Positions 49,073 to 62,447 of a DNA stretch of 64,000 nucleotides are shown in pieces. Source of the DNA: Raillietiella orientalis (Eukaryota). Numbering within the stretch: the first letter of the stretch is position 1; every line of letters starts with the position of its first letter. The notes below the pieces were generated by a model. That model made no database searches, was not told the DNA's origin, and saw only the letters and a program-made list of their open reading frames with translations. The position numbers were made by a program, and so were the translations under genes. The stretch spans positions 1-64,000 of the forward strand of contig JAYWIR010000096.1 of the NCBI GenBank assembly GCA_036172245.1, read 5' to 3'.

Positions 49073-52000
49073 GGTTGTTCACACCCGGATGTGCCGGGGC
49101 ATTTGTTTCATAGAAATAAAATTACAGAAAAATGTCGCGTGGCGAACCCGAAGGTTTACCACTCCAAAACAGCTTGCTGGTTACCGGCTCCGTGCCGGAG
49201 AGGTCCTTCCGATGCGCGGGGATGGGAAATAAAGAAAAACAAAAAGAAACAAAAAGTTCAAATGTGGGGGGGAACAAATGTTGTAGGGGTGGGAGGGCGG
49301 GGAAGGGATCACGGTGCGCGTGGAGAGGTCCTCTAGATCCTATTCAGGATCCGCACAAGCTGAGTCCTTTCAGCGCCCAAGTGGCGCCACTTGCAGACAC
49401 TTCGCGCGAAAACGCGAGTCCAGTGTAAGGCGTTGCCGGTTGGCTGACGCCTACTTCTGGTGGCGTTCCAAGCCGCCACAATTCCTCTGATGCAGCAGAG
49501 GACTGCTACACTAGCGGGCGGGGACAAGGCGTCACTACAGAAGAGGCGCCTGAAAACGTCCTTTGGGCCGCATCCGCGCAAGTCCAGGATCGCCGCGAGA
49601 CGATCCCATGAAGGGCGGATGGCACTGCACTCGATGAGAAGGTGGGGAAAGGTCTTTTTTTCCCCGCACCGGTCACAATAAGGATCGACAGCCCCCCGGG
49701 TTGTGTGATGAAGGCGTGCTTTGAATGGAAGTCCCCAGAGTACCACAAGCAACGCCACATCCTGCCATTTCAGGGGGAGGGATGCACTGTTCCAGGACGC
49801 TGGGGGTCACTTCATCTCCTCCGGAGATAGTCCGAGTAGCTCGCCTCAGCGTCGAATTCCGTTGGGCGGGACACTCGGCATCGCAGCGTCAGCTAGCTGC
49901 CGAGATGTCCACGCCTTTATCGATTGTGTCCTGCCGCCTATAGTGCAGGACACGGTCCATTTCCGCTGCTCGCTACTGTCCCTGGCATTCACAAGGAAGG
50001 GCAGCACTAGGGCGAGGGGGGTTATCAAGGCCCACAGAAGCTTGTCGTGGGACTGCACGATCTCCTGCAGCGTCCAGCGGGCGTGCCTTTTCATACAAGT
50101 GTTCCTTGTGCCCGCCGGAACGTGGATCTTTACCCAAGTGGAGACTGACTCGTGCAACCAGGCGGAGTAGTTCCCTGGGAGGCAGGAGATCCAGGCGTTC
50201 TCCCGGACCGCAACAAAGATGCGTCGCAGGATAGAGGCACAGTATGGTCTTCTGCAGACGCGCGCAGACAGAAACGACAAAAGTCCGCGGATTCCGCAGG
50301 CTCGTTGGGCCAGGAGGCGTGCTGGAACGCACCAAGGCGTGTCCCACAATTCTGCCGCAAGGGCGAGAGTCCTGAATCGAAGTTGTATTTCGATGCGCTC
50401 CAGCGTAAGTAAGCCAAGTCCACCGTCCTTACGTGGAGCGCACAAGTCTTTGAGCCTCCCACGGGACCTCCCTTCGCCCCAAAGGACTGTCCTCAGGAGG
50501 CCCGCTGCTCGTATCCGAATAAAATAAGGAGCGGGGCAAACAAAAAGTAGAGGGCGAAGGAGGGGAGCCGCAAACGCGTTCCACACCGCGGCCCGTTCCT
50601 GCAAGTAGAACTTGCCTTTTGGAGACGGTCGGACCAGGCTTCTGCTGCGCAGAAGTCCCCCAACGGTACGCCGAGGTACTTGAAGCACCTGCCCGTGGGG
50701 ATCCCCAAGGGGATCCAGTCCGACCGTCCAGCCCACGCCGAACCGACGAAGACCATGGACGACTTCGCCCTGTTCACCTCCAGACCCGTCCCGCGGCGCA
50801 GCAACTCGAAGAAGTCCTTGAGCGCACTCGCCGGGGTGGACCTGGAAAGCAGCAGCAGAAGATCGTCTGCATAGGCCGACACGGCAGGCGTGCCAGCACA
50901 CGAGCTCGGCAGGGTTGCCAGAGCTACCCTGTATGCCCTCAGCACCAACTCGAAGTAGATGCTGAAGAGCAAGGGGCTCAGGCTGTCACCCTGCCGGATG
51001 CCGCGGCGTACGGGCACGCCGTACACGTGCCGGCCGCTGAAACCGATATTGATTGACGCGTTGCGCCAGCAGGAGCGCAGGTAAGATTGAAGCACGGCAG
51101 GGAAACCCATGCGTTCCAGGAGCTCCAGAAAGAGATCCTGGTCGACGCAGTCGAATGCTTTGTGCAAATCGACCGCGACGGCAAAGGCTCCCGCCGAGTC
51201 CATCCCACCCACTGCCCGATCTTCTTGGTCAGAGGGGGGCGCGAGGCTCCCTTGACCGTCCTGTGCAACGCGTTGTCGCAACTGCCACCATGAGCTGGCG
51301 AGGAGCAGGTTGGCCTCCATGGTTCGTCCGGGAACAGCAAAGGTCTGCTCGGGACTCACCACGGAAGCGGCCACCCGCCCCAAACGCTCAGCCCACAACT
51401 TGGCATACAACTTTGCGTCCGCATTCACTACTGTGATAAGACGCCAGTTGCCAATGTTGCGTAAGTCTCCTGACTTCGGCAGGAGACGTACTTTAGCTGA
51501 CCGGAACGAGGCGGAAACTTCGCCGTGTTCGCGGATCAGCGCACTTAACCTGAGCACCAGGGGGGCCAGCTCTGGCGCGAAGCGATGGTAAAACTCCGCG
51601 AGCAGGCCGTCCTCCCCTGGTGCCTTCCTTCTCTTGAGTCTGTTGATGGCGGAGATTGTCTCCGCCATCGTGAACGGTTCCGCCAATCTGGAACGGTCCT
51701 CCTCCTTGAGCGCGGGAGCGCCATCTGGCAGCAGGCGCTGCGCGAAATGGCGCTCAGGTGTTAGTGGCGCGTACAAGGAGGAATAAAACTCCCGCACGAT
51801 GCGGCTTACCTGGGCTGGGCTAAAGCGTTCTTGGCCCTGATGATCCAGCAGGCAGGCCGAGCCTGACTGCCAGGCCTGCCTCTCCGCCTCAGCCTTGAAT
51901 TCAGCCAGGCGACGGACGTCGGGACGCCGGGAATAACGGCGCGCCTGGAGGTACGCCCGCTCGTTCCTGACACCCTCCCCGAAGCCCGGCGGAAGACGTT

Positions 52001-53538
52001 CCAGCGGAAACTGGTCGCAAAACTCACGGACTGAGCACTTCATTTCGTCCCAGTCCGCGAGCGTGTGAAGCTGGAATCCTCGCAGGAAACAGCGTAGATG
52101 TTCCGCCGCTCCTGCAAGGCGCAACCAATCCATTGGCAGGCGCTATGTTTTCAGGGGAGGGCCCTTATTGCGCGGATGTAACTCGAGCACGAGCCGTGGA
52201 TGGTCGGACAGCTCTGCCGGGAGCGTTCCTCGAGTTCCCACCCGCGTGCACAGGTGGTTGTCGAGGAACATGTGGTCGATGTTCCGATCTCTCCCGGCAT
52301 CGCCGGCCAACAAGTTGCGCGCATGCATGGCTGCGCACAACTCGTTGACCAGCTGTGCTCGTCCGCTGGGTGCACCTGCCAGCAGGCGGAGATTGAAATC
52401 GCCCGCAATGAGGTGCGCCCTTCGCACGCCTGCTTCGGCCAACCAGTCTCGCCGCAAGGTTTCGAAGAACGCAGTGCGTTCCTCGGCCCTGTGGCTGCTC
52501 ACCGGAGCGTACAGTTTCGTGAATACGAGGTCGATCGAGTGGGACCACTTGAACACAATCTGCCCAACTCGACCATCCCCGTCGAACCGTGCACTGCGCA
52601 GTGAGTTGTCGACGGTTGGCTTTAGCAGAAAGGCCACTCCGCAGGAGTTGTCCGTTCCGTTCCTCCACAGTAGCCGCCCTCCCGCGATTCTTTCGATTTC
52701 CTGGACATCTCCCGGTCGGAGAACGTGCGTCTCTTGCAGGAGCACCAGGTCGAAATCTCGCAGTATGGCGGCTACATCTCGCCTCTTTCCGTCGTCGCGC
52801 AACCCGTTGACATTCCAACAGGTGATGCGCAAGCGGCGGCAGAAGGCGAGCCCACGCACTGATGCGTTTATTGTGGGGTGGAGGCGGCCTCCTCCCTTGC
52901 GGGAGGCGGCTTGTTGGCGGCCGTGACGACGGTCGGCTGCTCACACGGGAGCACGTCGTCCACAGCGACTTCCATGGGGCTGGCTTCCGAGACACGGATC
53001 GGAGAGGGGTCGCGTGGCGCGACGCACATTGCCTCCTCCTCCGTGCCCGAGGACATGGCCTCCTCCACCTGCGGAGGGGCGACCCGTCTCGGGCAACCGG
53101 TCTTCTTGCCAGCCTTCCTCTTCGGCACGGCTGCGGAAGTAGAACAACCGGCTTTGGTTTCGGACTCGGAATTTTCCGGGCCCTTCACCGTTGCCGGTCG
53201 TCTCAAGGCCTTATTCTCGGCCTTGGCAGGCTGCCGTAACATGGCTGCCAGCTCTTCCGCGGCCTGCGCGAAGGTCGCGTCCGTTATGCGCGCCGCCTCC
53301 TCGCTTTCCGCACCGACGCTTTGCGCAGGCGCGACAGGGGCGGCTTCATCGATTGGCGCGCAGACGTCCTTCGCTGGCAATGCCGGAACGGCATTGTCGT
53401 CAGCTGATGGTGACGTCACTGCGGGCACGACCGGCTCAGGATCGACGGTATCGATCGCCTTTACCGTTACTTTCTTTACGGCTCTGGCGATCGAGACGCG
53501 TTCGATCTTCACCGTACAAGCGCGGACGACCGTAAAGT
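49073..53538 (-). mobile_element. Family D element lacking its 5' end (ORF1 C-terminus, EN, RT, CCHC, 3' hairpin)
   Basis: ORFs 52143-52859 (EN), 50493-52133 (RT, YADD), 49333-49758 (CCHC); 3' end TGCCCCGGCACATCCGGGTGTGAACAACC. Confidence 0.93.
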
Positions 53539-54633
53539 GAGAGGACGTGTTTTTCGGTGCTTCCGAAAACCGTCTTTTTTGCGAGTGTCGGTGTTTTTCT
53601 AGGTGCGGTCGTTCCTGGGCAGAAATGCCCGAGGACACCGCCGCCACGGCGAAGGGGGGCGAGCGAGCCTCGTCCCCCCAACCCATGGATGTGAGGGCCA
53701 TCTCCCCCACGGATTCGTCCCCCGCCCCGGCGAGGGCTTGGAGCGCGGTGGTGGCGGCGCCTGCGCCGCCACCATGCGAGGAACAGCGGGCCTATGAGTC
53801 CCACGGATATAATCCGGCCCTACTGTATAAGGTAGGTGGGCTTTATTCTCCCGCGATGCAAAAAGGTTTCTCTTTCTCCGCACTCGACACAGCGGGCATC
53901 CACATTTCCCAGTGTCCAGTGAGACAGGCGTGTTCTGCTTAACAGTCCCCAGTGCAGAAATAGCAACGCCGTCTCCTGCCACTTGAACGGAAGTGTGCCG
54001 CAATCCCAATACGCTGGGGGCCATTTCACCTTCTCCGGAGGTATTGCAAGCAGCTCTCCTCAGCGCGCAAGTCCGTGAGGCGGGACGCTCGTGGTGGCAG
54101 CGTCCGTGTGCTCCCGAGTCGTCCACGCCTTCAAAGGTTTTTTCCTGCCTCGGATGAGGCAGGACTCTCCCCACGATTCCAGCTCGTTGCTGCTCCTACG
54201 GTTTTTCAGGGAGGACAGATCGGGGGCAAGGGGACTGAAAGAAGTCCACAGAAATTTCCGGGGCGTGTTGATAATATCCTGCAGCGGCTGTCGAGCGTAC
54301 GGTCCTCGTCGTAGGCAGTTGTATTCCGCCTCGCTCGTGCTCTTCATCTTAGCCCACGCGGAAGACGACTCCTGAAGCCAGGCAGTGCAGTTCGCGGGAA
54401 GGCAGGAGATCCAGGTATTCTCCCTCATCAGGGCGAATTTTTTTTTTTTTGTTCTAGTTTTCCCTTCCCATGCGCCTCGGGAATGGACATAACCGGTCTA
54501 TGCACCGGCAAAAGAAACGTCAACCAAGGTGGGAAAACCAAGTGTTTCCCACAATTAACTTTTGAAAGACTTAATTATCTAATTTTTTTAAAAAATTAGA
54601 ATAATAAATGCCCTGGAAAATCCGGGTGGCAAA
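53539..54633 (+). mobile_element. ~1.1-kb family C mini-element: 5' end (+), inverted ORF2 C-terminal piece (~53856-54436), 3' UTR (+)
   Basis: 53543-53855 matches 24820-25134; inverted part matches 21530-22110; 54437-54633 matches 20947-21140. Confidence 0.9.
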
Positions 54634-57549
54634 CCACATACGGAGGCGGGCAAACAAAAAATAAGGGGCGGAGGAGAGGGGCAAGGAAATTGTTCCATAT
54701 GCACGCCCTTTCAGGCAAGACGAACCTGCCTTCCAGGAAAGTGCCTAGAGCCATCTCTGCCTTCTGAAGACAGGCTGACCACGATTCAGACGAGCAGAAG
54801 TCGCCCAACGGAACGCCAAGGTACTTGGAGTACCTGTCCGTGGGGATCCCCAGGCGGATCCTTTCGGCCTGTCCCTCCCACGACGCACTCACCGGCACTA
54901 CGTAGCACTTCGCTTTGCTAACGCTCATGCTTGCTCCACGACGGATCAGCTCGAAGAAGTCTTGGAGCGAGTCCGGCGGAGTAGACATGGGCAACAGAAG
55001 CAGAAGGTCGTCGGCGTATGCTTCCGCCGACGGAGTCCACGGACAGGCGCTGGGCAGGACGGCCAGCTTCAGCCTGTACGCTTTTACCACCAACTCAAAG
55101 TAGATGCTGAAGAGCAACGGGCTTAAGCTGTCGCCCTGTCTGATGCCTCTGCGCACGGCCACTCGGTACACGCGGGAGCTACTGAAATACAAGTTGATAA
55201 TCGCGTGGCGCCGCAACGCACTCTTAAAGCTGCCACCAGGTGCGCGCGAAAAGAAGGTTTGCATCCATGGATCTTCCCGGTACAGCGTAAGACTGCTCCG
55301 GGCTTACCATGGACTCCGCGACATTCCCTATGAGCGTCACCCACAGCTTCGAAAACAACTTTACGTCCGTATTCACTAATGAGATCGGAAGCCAGTTTTT
55401 GAGATGGCGCAGATCCTCTCATTCCGGGAGGAGACGCACCCTCGCTGAGAGGAAGGAATAAGGGACATCGCCCGTTACCCTCATCAGCGTCGAGATTCTA
55501 AGCACCAGTGGGGCGAGTTCGGCCGCGAAGCTCTCATAGAACAAAGCGGGCAGTCCGTCCTCACATGGCGTCTTCCGTTTCTTGAGTCCTGCGATAGCGG
55601 AAGAAACTTCCTCCAACGTGAAGGGCTCGTCGAGACGATCGCGTTCCTCCTCGCCGATGCCATGTGCAGCCCGCGGCAAAAGTAGTTCGGAGAGGACTCT
55701 TTTCGTCGGGAAATTAGCGTAGAGCAAGGAGGAGTGACGCTTTAGTGCTCGCCGCACTTCGTCAGGAGCCGTGCATTCCCTGCGTTGGTCGTCGAGCAGA
55801 ATAGCCGCTCCAGACAGCCAGACCGGGAGCTCGGCCCTCGCCTTGTACTCTGCGAGTTGCCGTACTTCCGCACGTCTCGAGAAGGTGCGCGCCTGCAGAA
55901 ATGCTCTGCTATTGGCCACGTCTTCTCTGAAGCCGCGTAGTGGCAGGTGCAGGGGGAACCGGTCGCAAAACTTGCGAACCGATCTTTTAAGATGGTCCCA
56001 GTCTGCGAGTTCCCGGATGGCAAAGCCGCGAAGGAACTGGCGAAGATGCTCCGCCGCTTCCGGATGACTCAGCCAATCCGCCGGCATCCTCCAAACATTG
56101 TTTGGAGGTCTCTTGCCCGGCAAGAGTTGCTCGAACTAAAGCCTATCATCGTCCGATAACGTAGACGGCACCCGGCCTCATCGTCCCACTCGCGATAGTA
56201 GGTGTTCATCGAGGTAGAGGTGATCTACGCACCTTTCCAGTCCAGGCTCGCCGGCATCCAAGTTACGCGCGTGCAACGACGCGCATGCCTCTTCCACCCG
56301 CGACCGTTATGCCAGGAAACGCGTCTCGAAGGAAAGCAGGTGGACGTTGAAGTCCCCTGCGACGAGTTGCGCCACTCTGGCTCCGGAGTTTCTGAGCCAT
56401 TGTCTCTCCAGCACGAGGAAGAACTCGATTCTTTCGACACGCCGATGAAAGCCGCGCGGCGCGTAGACGTTCGTTACGACGAGGTCGATTGAATCTGACC
56501 ACCTGAGTACAAGTTGGCCCATTCGCCCTTCCTGGTCTAATCGAACGCTGCGCACCGCTCTTGCCATCCTACTGTTGACGAGAAAACCGACTCCGCACGA
56601 TTGTGCAGAACCTTCTCGCCAGTAAAGGGTGCCACCCGCGCGCTTTTCGATTTCCGCAACCTCCGCATCGGAGATGTAATGCTTCTCCTGAAGGATCGCC
56701 AAATCGGAATGTTGCAGGGGGCCTAACACGCCGCGCCTCTTTTTGTCCCTGCGCAGCCCATTGACGTTCCAACAGGCTATGCTGAATCGACGAGAAGAGG
56801 TGACTTCCTGCATTAAGGCTGGGAAGGTGAGCACAGGTTTCTCGCCTTGTCCAGCGAGTGGTCAGGAGACAGAGCAATCGATCTCAAAGACGTGAAATCT
56901 CCATTCGAAGCCGCACTGCTTGTTGCCGGTAGCTCAGACGTGAGGTCCTTTTCCTCCTCTTCGCTCCCCTGCAACAGCCCCTCCTCGGCAACTACGCACT
57001 TGCGGGTCTTCGATAGGCGAATGCGCGGTTTCGGGCGGTTGTCGCGCTCTGTGCACTTTCTGTCGGACTCTGGATCAGAATCCGACAGTCGAAAGCTTGC
57101 CATGCGCTGCTGCTGTTTCCCGGAATTAAAGAAATCGTTTGCTGCCTGTTTCCTAGCGCTTTCTGCAACTGCGGCTGAAACTTTCGTCCTTTTAGCCGCA
57201 GCAGCAGCTTCCCGCTTCATCCGCGAGAGGACAACAGCGCAGGAGGAAAGAATAGCAATCTTTTTCTGGGAATGTTTCGCGGGCTTCTTTCGCTTACTCA
57301 CCTTTACACAGACCTGCGAAGACCTTGATGGTTTCTTTCTTATGTTCTATCTCACTGGCGTCCAGCCGTCTTGCTTGGCGTCGCAGTTATCTTTGCCATC
57401 CTGAGATGGCGCTGCTTCCACGGATGTAAAAGGCGTTGCCTTGGCTGCCTCTTGGAGCGCTGCCTCCACGCAGGCGTCAGCAACTCCTTTAGCGATCGAA
57501 AGAGCCTTGCGCACGGGCGGTATCGCCGCCGCTGAACGAAAAGGAGGCG
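54634..57549 (-). mobile_element. I/F-like internal portion (ORF1 C-terminus, EN, RT)
   Basis: TAATG at 56815-56811; CWNVNGL, GDFN, KTPCEDG, QGDSLSP, YADD; motif A region deleted near 55215. Confidence 0.9.
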
Positions 57550-57707
57550 TGATTATTGCTAGTTCAAAACTATACCCAATACCTCACCAAGGTAATGTTT
57601 AAAACCACTGCCAAGGCAATTTTTGAGTGCCCTGAGAGGGCAAATGTTTAAGTGAACGCCAGTGTGGAAAGAGTTCAACCGAGGACCATCATCAGCAGCA
57701 GCAGCAT

Positions 57708-60700
57708 CGCCGACAATTCCACGGTGGAAGTCCTGCAGTCGTTCCGAGCAGCAAGAACAGCTGCCAGGATGCAGGCATCTGGAGTTGGAGGAGTGGTGAG
57801 GCCATCGTCCGTCATGAAAGCCATGGAGGTGACGAGCGGAAACGGCGAGGTGGCGGCAGGCATGCCGAGGATCGCGTCCGCGGCGGGCTTTGCTGCGCCG
57901 GAGGCGGCGATGCCAAGGGTCGTGCCCGCGGCGACGACGGCGGAGGTCGTGCCCGCGGCGGCGACGCCGAGGATCGTGCCCGCGGCGGGGAAGGTCGCGC
58001 CTGCGGCGGCGATGCCGAGGGTGTCGCCCGCGGCGGTAACGGCGGCAACGTCGAGGTTTACGCCCGCGGCGACGGCGTCCCAGGCGGGACCCGCGGGCGT
58101 CCAGGCGGTGCAGGGAGCGACGCAATCTTGTTCGGCTTCGGAGTCGCAGCCCTTTTCTATGCGTCGGTTGCGGCTGGACAGGCGAGTGTCCACCCACCTA
58201 GGAAATTTGGTAAGCTGCTTAGCGGAAAAGTTCTAAAACTGGACCGACCAATAGTCGAAATGGGCCCCAACGTGAAGCCCATTATCTTCAAAACCGGGCT
58301 AATAAAATTTAATAACTTCAGGTAGGTCTATTTGTCACTCGACAAGACGGACATAGACTTTGATCGCATTCAGGCGATCATTCCATCGAACAACGGGTTC
58401 ACAGTCTTTACAGACTGTGAAAACATTACAGAGCGATTGATCCAGAAGGGGATCAATATACAAGGACGGATGGTTTGTGCTATTGGCGAGATGCCATATA
58501 CAACCGTCTTTTTAAACGGCATCTCCATCCGCACGCCGCAACTAGCGGTGTGGAATTACTGGGAGCAGTTTGGGGAAGTTCTGGACCTTGATTACCAGAA
58601 CATCCCTGGAAACATATTTTCTGGCGACATGATCGCAAAGATGAAGTTGAAAGAGGGAGCGATGATCCCTGGATTGACCGTTATTGACGAACAATCGCCG
58701 GCAGCGAGAAGCCCGCTGCTTCTTTGACGTCTGAAAGAGCACGCTCTCCCAGACATAAGAAGCTCAGGAAGGCCAAGAAATAGGTCTTCCCATTTTATGA
58801 CCTCTCCCTATCGACCGCCAGAAGGCTGAACATCGCCTCATGGAACGTCAACGGTGTTGTCGACCAGGCAAAAAGAAGAAGGATTGTGCGGACCATCGCA
58901 CAACAAGACATCGTGTGCCTGCAGGAGACCCACAGGATGGGTCTCGAGATCAGCCAGCGAATGGAACGGCGATTCAACGGGCAGATGTTCGTCAGCGAAG
59001 GAGAACGGAACACGAAGGGTGTGGCGGTGCTAATAAAGAACCACTTAGCCCCCACTATTCTGGAAGTGTTCTGTCCCCAACCCGGACGAATCAACGGCGT
59101 GCGACTGGCCTGGTCCGCGACTGTTCACCTTATCCTGGTGAACGTGTACGGGCCGCACAGGCTAAAACATCGTTGTGCGGAGGCGCTGCATGCAGCACTC
59201 CGTGAAAAGGTTGCTTCCAAGGACGTCGTGATTGTTGCTGGCGATCTCAACATATTGGATGAGATCACTCACTCCGAAGACGCCAGAGAAAGGACGGCGT
59301 ATCGGCGGTTATCCGACGAGTTCGGACTGGTGTGGCGAACTGCAAGTCACAAGCCGATCGATCACGTCCTGCACAGCACCGAACTTGGGAATCGCATCCA
59401 GGGTTTTCGAGACATTATGACCACGGTGTCCGATCACCCCCTGGTGCGGTTTTCCCTAAGAACGGAGAATCCTCGGCGGAGGCACGGCACCAGGGCGGCG
59501 CTCATCAGCATGCCCGCCTGGTTCGAAACCCATCCCGGACATCAGGCTGTCCTGGAGGCGATTCTGAGGGCAACAACAATCCGAAGAGTCGCCGACTGGG
59601 ACAGCCTGAAACACAGGATACACCTGTTTGCGAACATGCAGTTCGGGGATAGGCGCTTGAGGCAAGAGGCGTACCGGGAGCTGAACATCCAAGATCGCTC
59701 CCTCTCAAAGTAATTCGATCAGTACGAGAGTCGGTACGTCCTCAATAACATAAAAGGGGAAGTCGGCGTGCTGGAGAAGAGAAATCTGGCAACAGATATC
59801 TTCTGCATCCAGTACGACGTTTAAAAGCGACAGTCGTTTGAGAATATCGTGGATGCCTTTCACAGGCATTACACGAAACACTTCAGGCGACAACAACTGT
59901 GTCGCTCTAGTCTACAGGCCTTCTTCAGCTATCTCGAGAATAGGACCGACGACCTATAGCGGAACAGACTGAAGGAGGAGTTCTCCGAAGAAGAGGTGAA
60001 GACTGCGTTTGGGCAGCTTCGCAAGGACTTGACAGCGTGCCCTGACAGTGTACCCATCACGCACTATCAGCGGTACCTGCACGCCTGCCTGCGCTTGTTC
60101 CACCAGTTGACCCTCTGCATCCGGGAAGAAGGCAGACTACCTCAGTCCTTCTACGAGTGTCGGATGAAATTGCTGCCGAAAGGAGGCGACTCTACCCAGG
60201 TCGCCCTATGGAGGCCAATCTCGATCTTAAACTCGGATGCCAAGTGGTTGGCGAAGATCTGGTCCAACCGCTTAGGCAAGGTCATGTCGAGGCTCATCTC
60301 TCCGGTGCAAACGTGTGCAGTCCCAGGACGACACATGTCGGACAATGTCAAATGTGCCCAGGCCACTGTTGGACTCAGTCGATACGTCGGCGAGAACCTG
60401 GTGCTGATGTTCACTGACATGGAGAAGGCCTTCGACTCCATCGACCATGGGATGCTGCTGAAGGTTCTGGAGAAGCTAGGGCTTCCGGAACACTTCAGCA
60501 ACTTCGTGAGGGCGGTACTCCAGAACCAGTACTGCCGGATCAAGATCAACGGCCAGGAGACGGCAGCAATCAGGATGGAACGGGGAGTCCGACAGGGCGA
60601 CTCGCTAAGTCCGATGCTGTTCGTCATCTATATGGAGGCGTTGTCGTCCTTTATCGAGAAGAGCGGACGACTAAGAGGGATTACCATCGATAGCCAGCGT

Positions 60701-62447
60701 CTTACCCATCTGGCATACGCCGATGATCTACTCTTCTTCATCAAGGGAGAGAAAAATCAGCGTGCGTTTCTGGATGTGGTGGACCTGATGGAACAGGGCT
60801 TGGGCTTAAAAATTAATTCCCAGAAGAGCCAGCTTTTGCCCGTCGGAATACTGGATCTCTCCACTCTAACGGGTAGTGGATTCCGTACGGTGGACACGGC
60901 CAAGTACCTGGGAGTCTACATCGGCGACGGCTCTGCGTCGAAGCTGCTGTGGAAGAAAATCCTGGGGAAAACGGCCAAGGAAGCTGTCAAGTACACTTGA
61001 ACGGACCTTTGGATGAAGCGAAAGGCCAACATATGGAACGGAGTACTCCTTCCGAAAGTGCTCTTCTGGGCGGCCTTCGCAAGGATGAACAAGGACACTA
61101 CTAGGGAGTTCGACAAGCTGCAAAGAAAAACACTCTGGGGCCACTATCGCCCAAGAGTAAGACTTAAACCCCTGTGTCGTCCCACGGAAGAAGGCGGTTC
61201 CGGGATGAAGTCGCTTGCACATTCCACGGAAATCATGGATACGCAAATCATCCTGGACATTGCCACTCACTGGGATGACTGGTGGTATGCGGCGCACAGG
61301 GCCTACGCGTTGTTGCTTAACAACTCGAAACGGCTGATGACTGCGCTGCTAGGCAAAGTAGGGGAATGGATAACAATCGACCCGACCTGGAGGAGGAAGA
61401 AACGGCTGGTGCGGAAACACCAAATCGAGATCGTGCCGCTAAGCAGGGAACTCTGGCAGGACGAGTGCATCCTGGTGATCCCTCGGATGCTTCCTGTCCC
61501 ACCGGACACGAGAAGCTGGATCTACCAGCGGTCCAGAGTTACCCTACTGCAAATCCAGGAGTGGAGGCGAGGAGGCTACCTACATCAAACTCGTGTACTT
61601 CGGTATACAGAGATGATGTTAGGAAGGTTTATCCACAGCACACGCGAAGTGTGGTTCAACCACAACGACTTCGCATGGTCGAGGGTAACCAGAACAAACC
61701 TCCGAAGGTTTATTCAAGAAAACGACCGTGACACCAGTGCCCTCCAGGAAGCCACCGAACGCTACGGGAGTGAACGGTTCAACCTGTTAGCGATCGGTAC
61801 GACGCTCTGGAGGAGTGACCTTCCGCCGGGCACCCAGGATGACCTCCTGATGTTTTATCACGGAGGAATCCAAAGTGGGTCCCGATTGCAGCACTTCACA
61901 GGAAGACGGGAAGACCGAGACTGCGAGCATGTGGAGACGACGACACGAGACTTCACGTCTTGACGTGTCCCACACTGCTGCATGACTGGCTGATCCTGAA
62001 AAGGATCATAGGACTTACCAACAAGTCCGCTATGGAGATCCTCGCCGGGATGTTTCATGGGTATGGTAATGTTCCCTGTTACAATTTCATGGTGAGGACG
62101 ACCATAGCCCTCTTCATCACCGCCATACTTGTGCGGTGGTGGAAAATGAGGAAATCCAGGAGAGCCGCACCACCGATGGAGATCCTACAAGGGCCCTTGA
62201 AGAGGGAAAACGGCATCAGGAACTGCGGGAATATCCACGCCTGGACGTATCGATTCATCCTGAAGAGGATCCAGGACGACGCCCGGGACCATCCAGCTGG
62301 AATTCCCACCTGAAAAGCAGAACCCTAGTGCAACCAAAGGACCTACAAGTGCAAAATGTTTGTATTGAGTGAATGAGAGTGCGAATGTAAATATTGTATT
62401 TTTATAGAAAAATAAACTTACCCCACCCCTTGTGGGACTTGGGGAAA
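57708..62447 (+). mobile_element. Near full-length family J element (5' UTR missing; ORFs disrupted)
   Basis: Ala-rich ORF1 start, RRM-like region 58332-58690, SWNVNG/GDLN/IDH/SDH EN, RT YADD, stop 62313, 3' end AATAAACTTACCCCACCCCTTGTGGGACTTGGGGAAA. Confidence 0.93.
57860..58085 (+). repeat. GC-rich degenerate 24-27-bp coding repeats (PRxVPAAA) in family J ORF1
   Basis: Repeated CCCGCGGCG; same array near 7060-7280 and 10490-10610 on the minus strand. Confidence 0.78.

Noticed and set aside
411..54633. Recurring CCCGG-N5-CCGGG palindrome as a CRISPR repeat, attC/REP site or recombination site
   Set aside because: Copies are kilobases apart, always at LINE 3' UTR ends after AATAAA; no spacers, cas genes or integrase.
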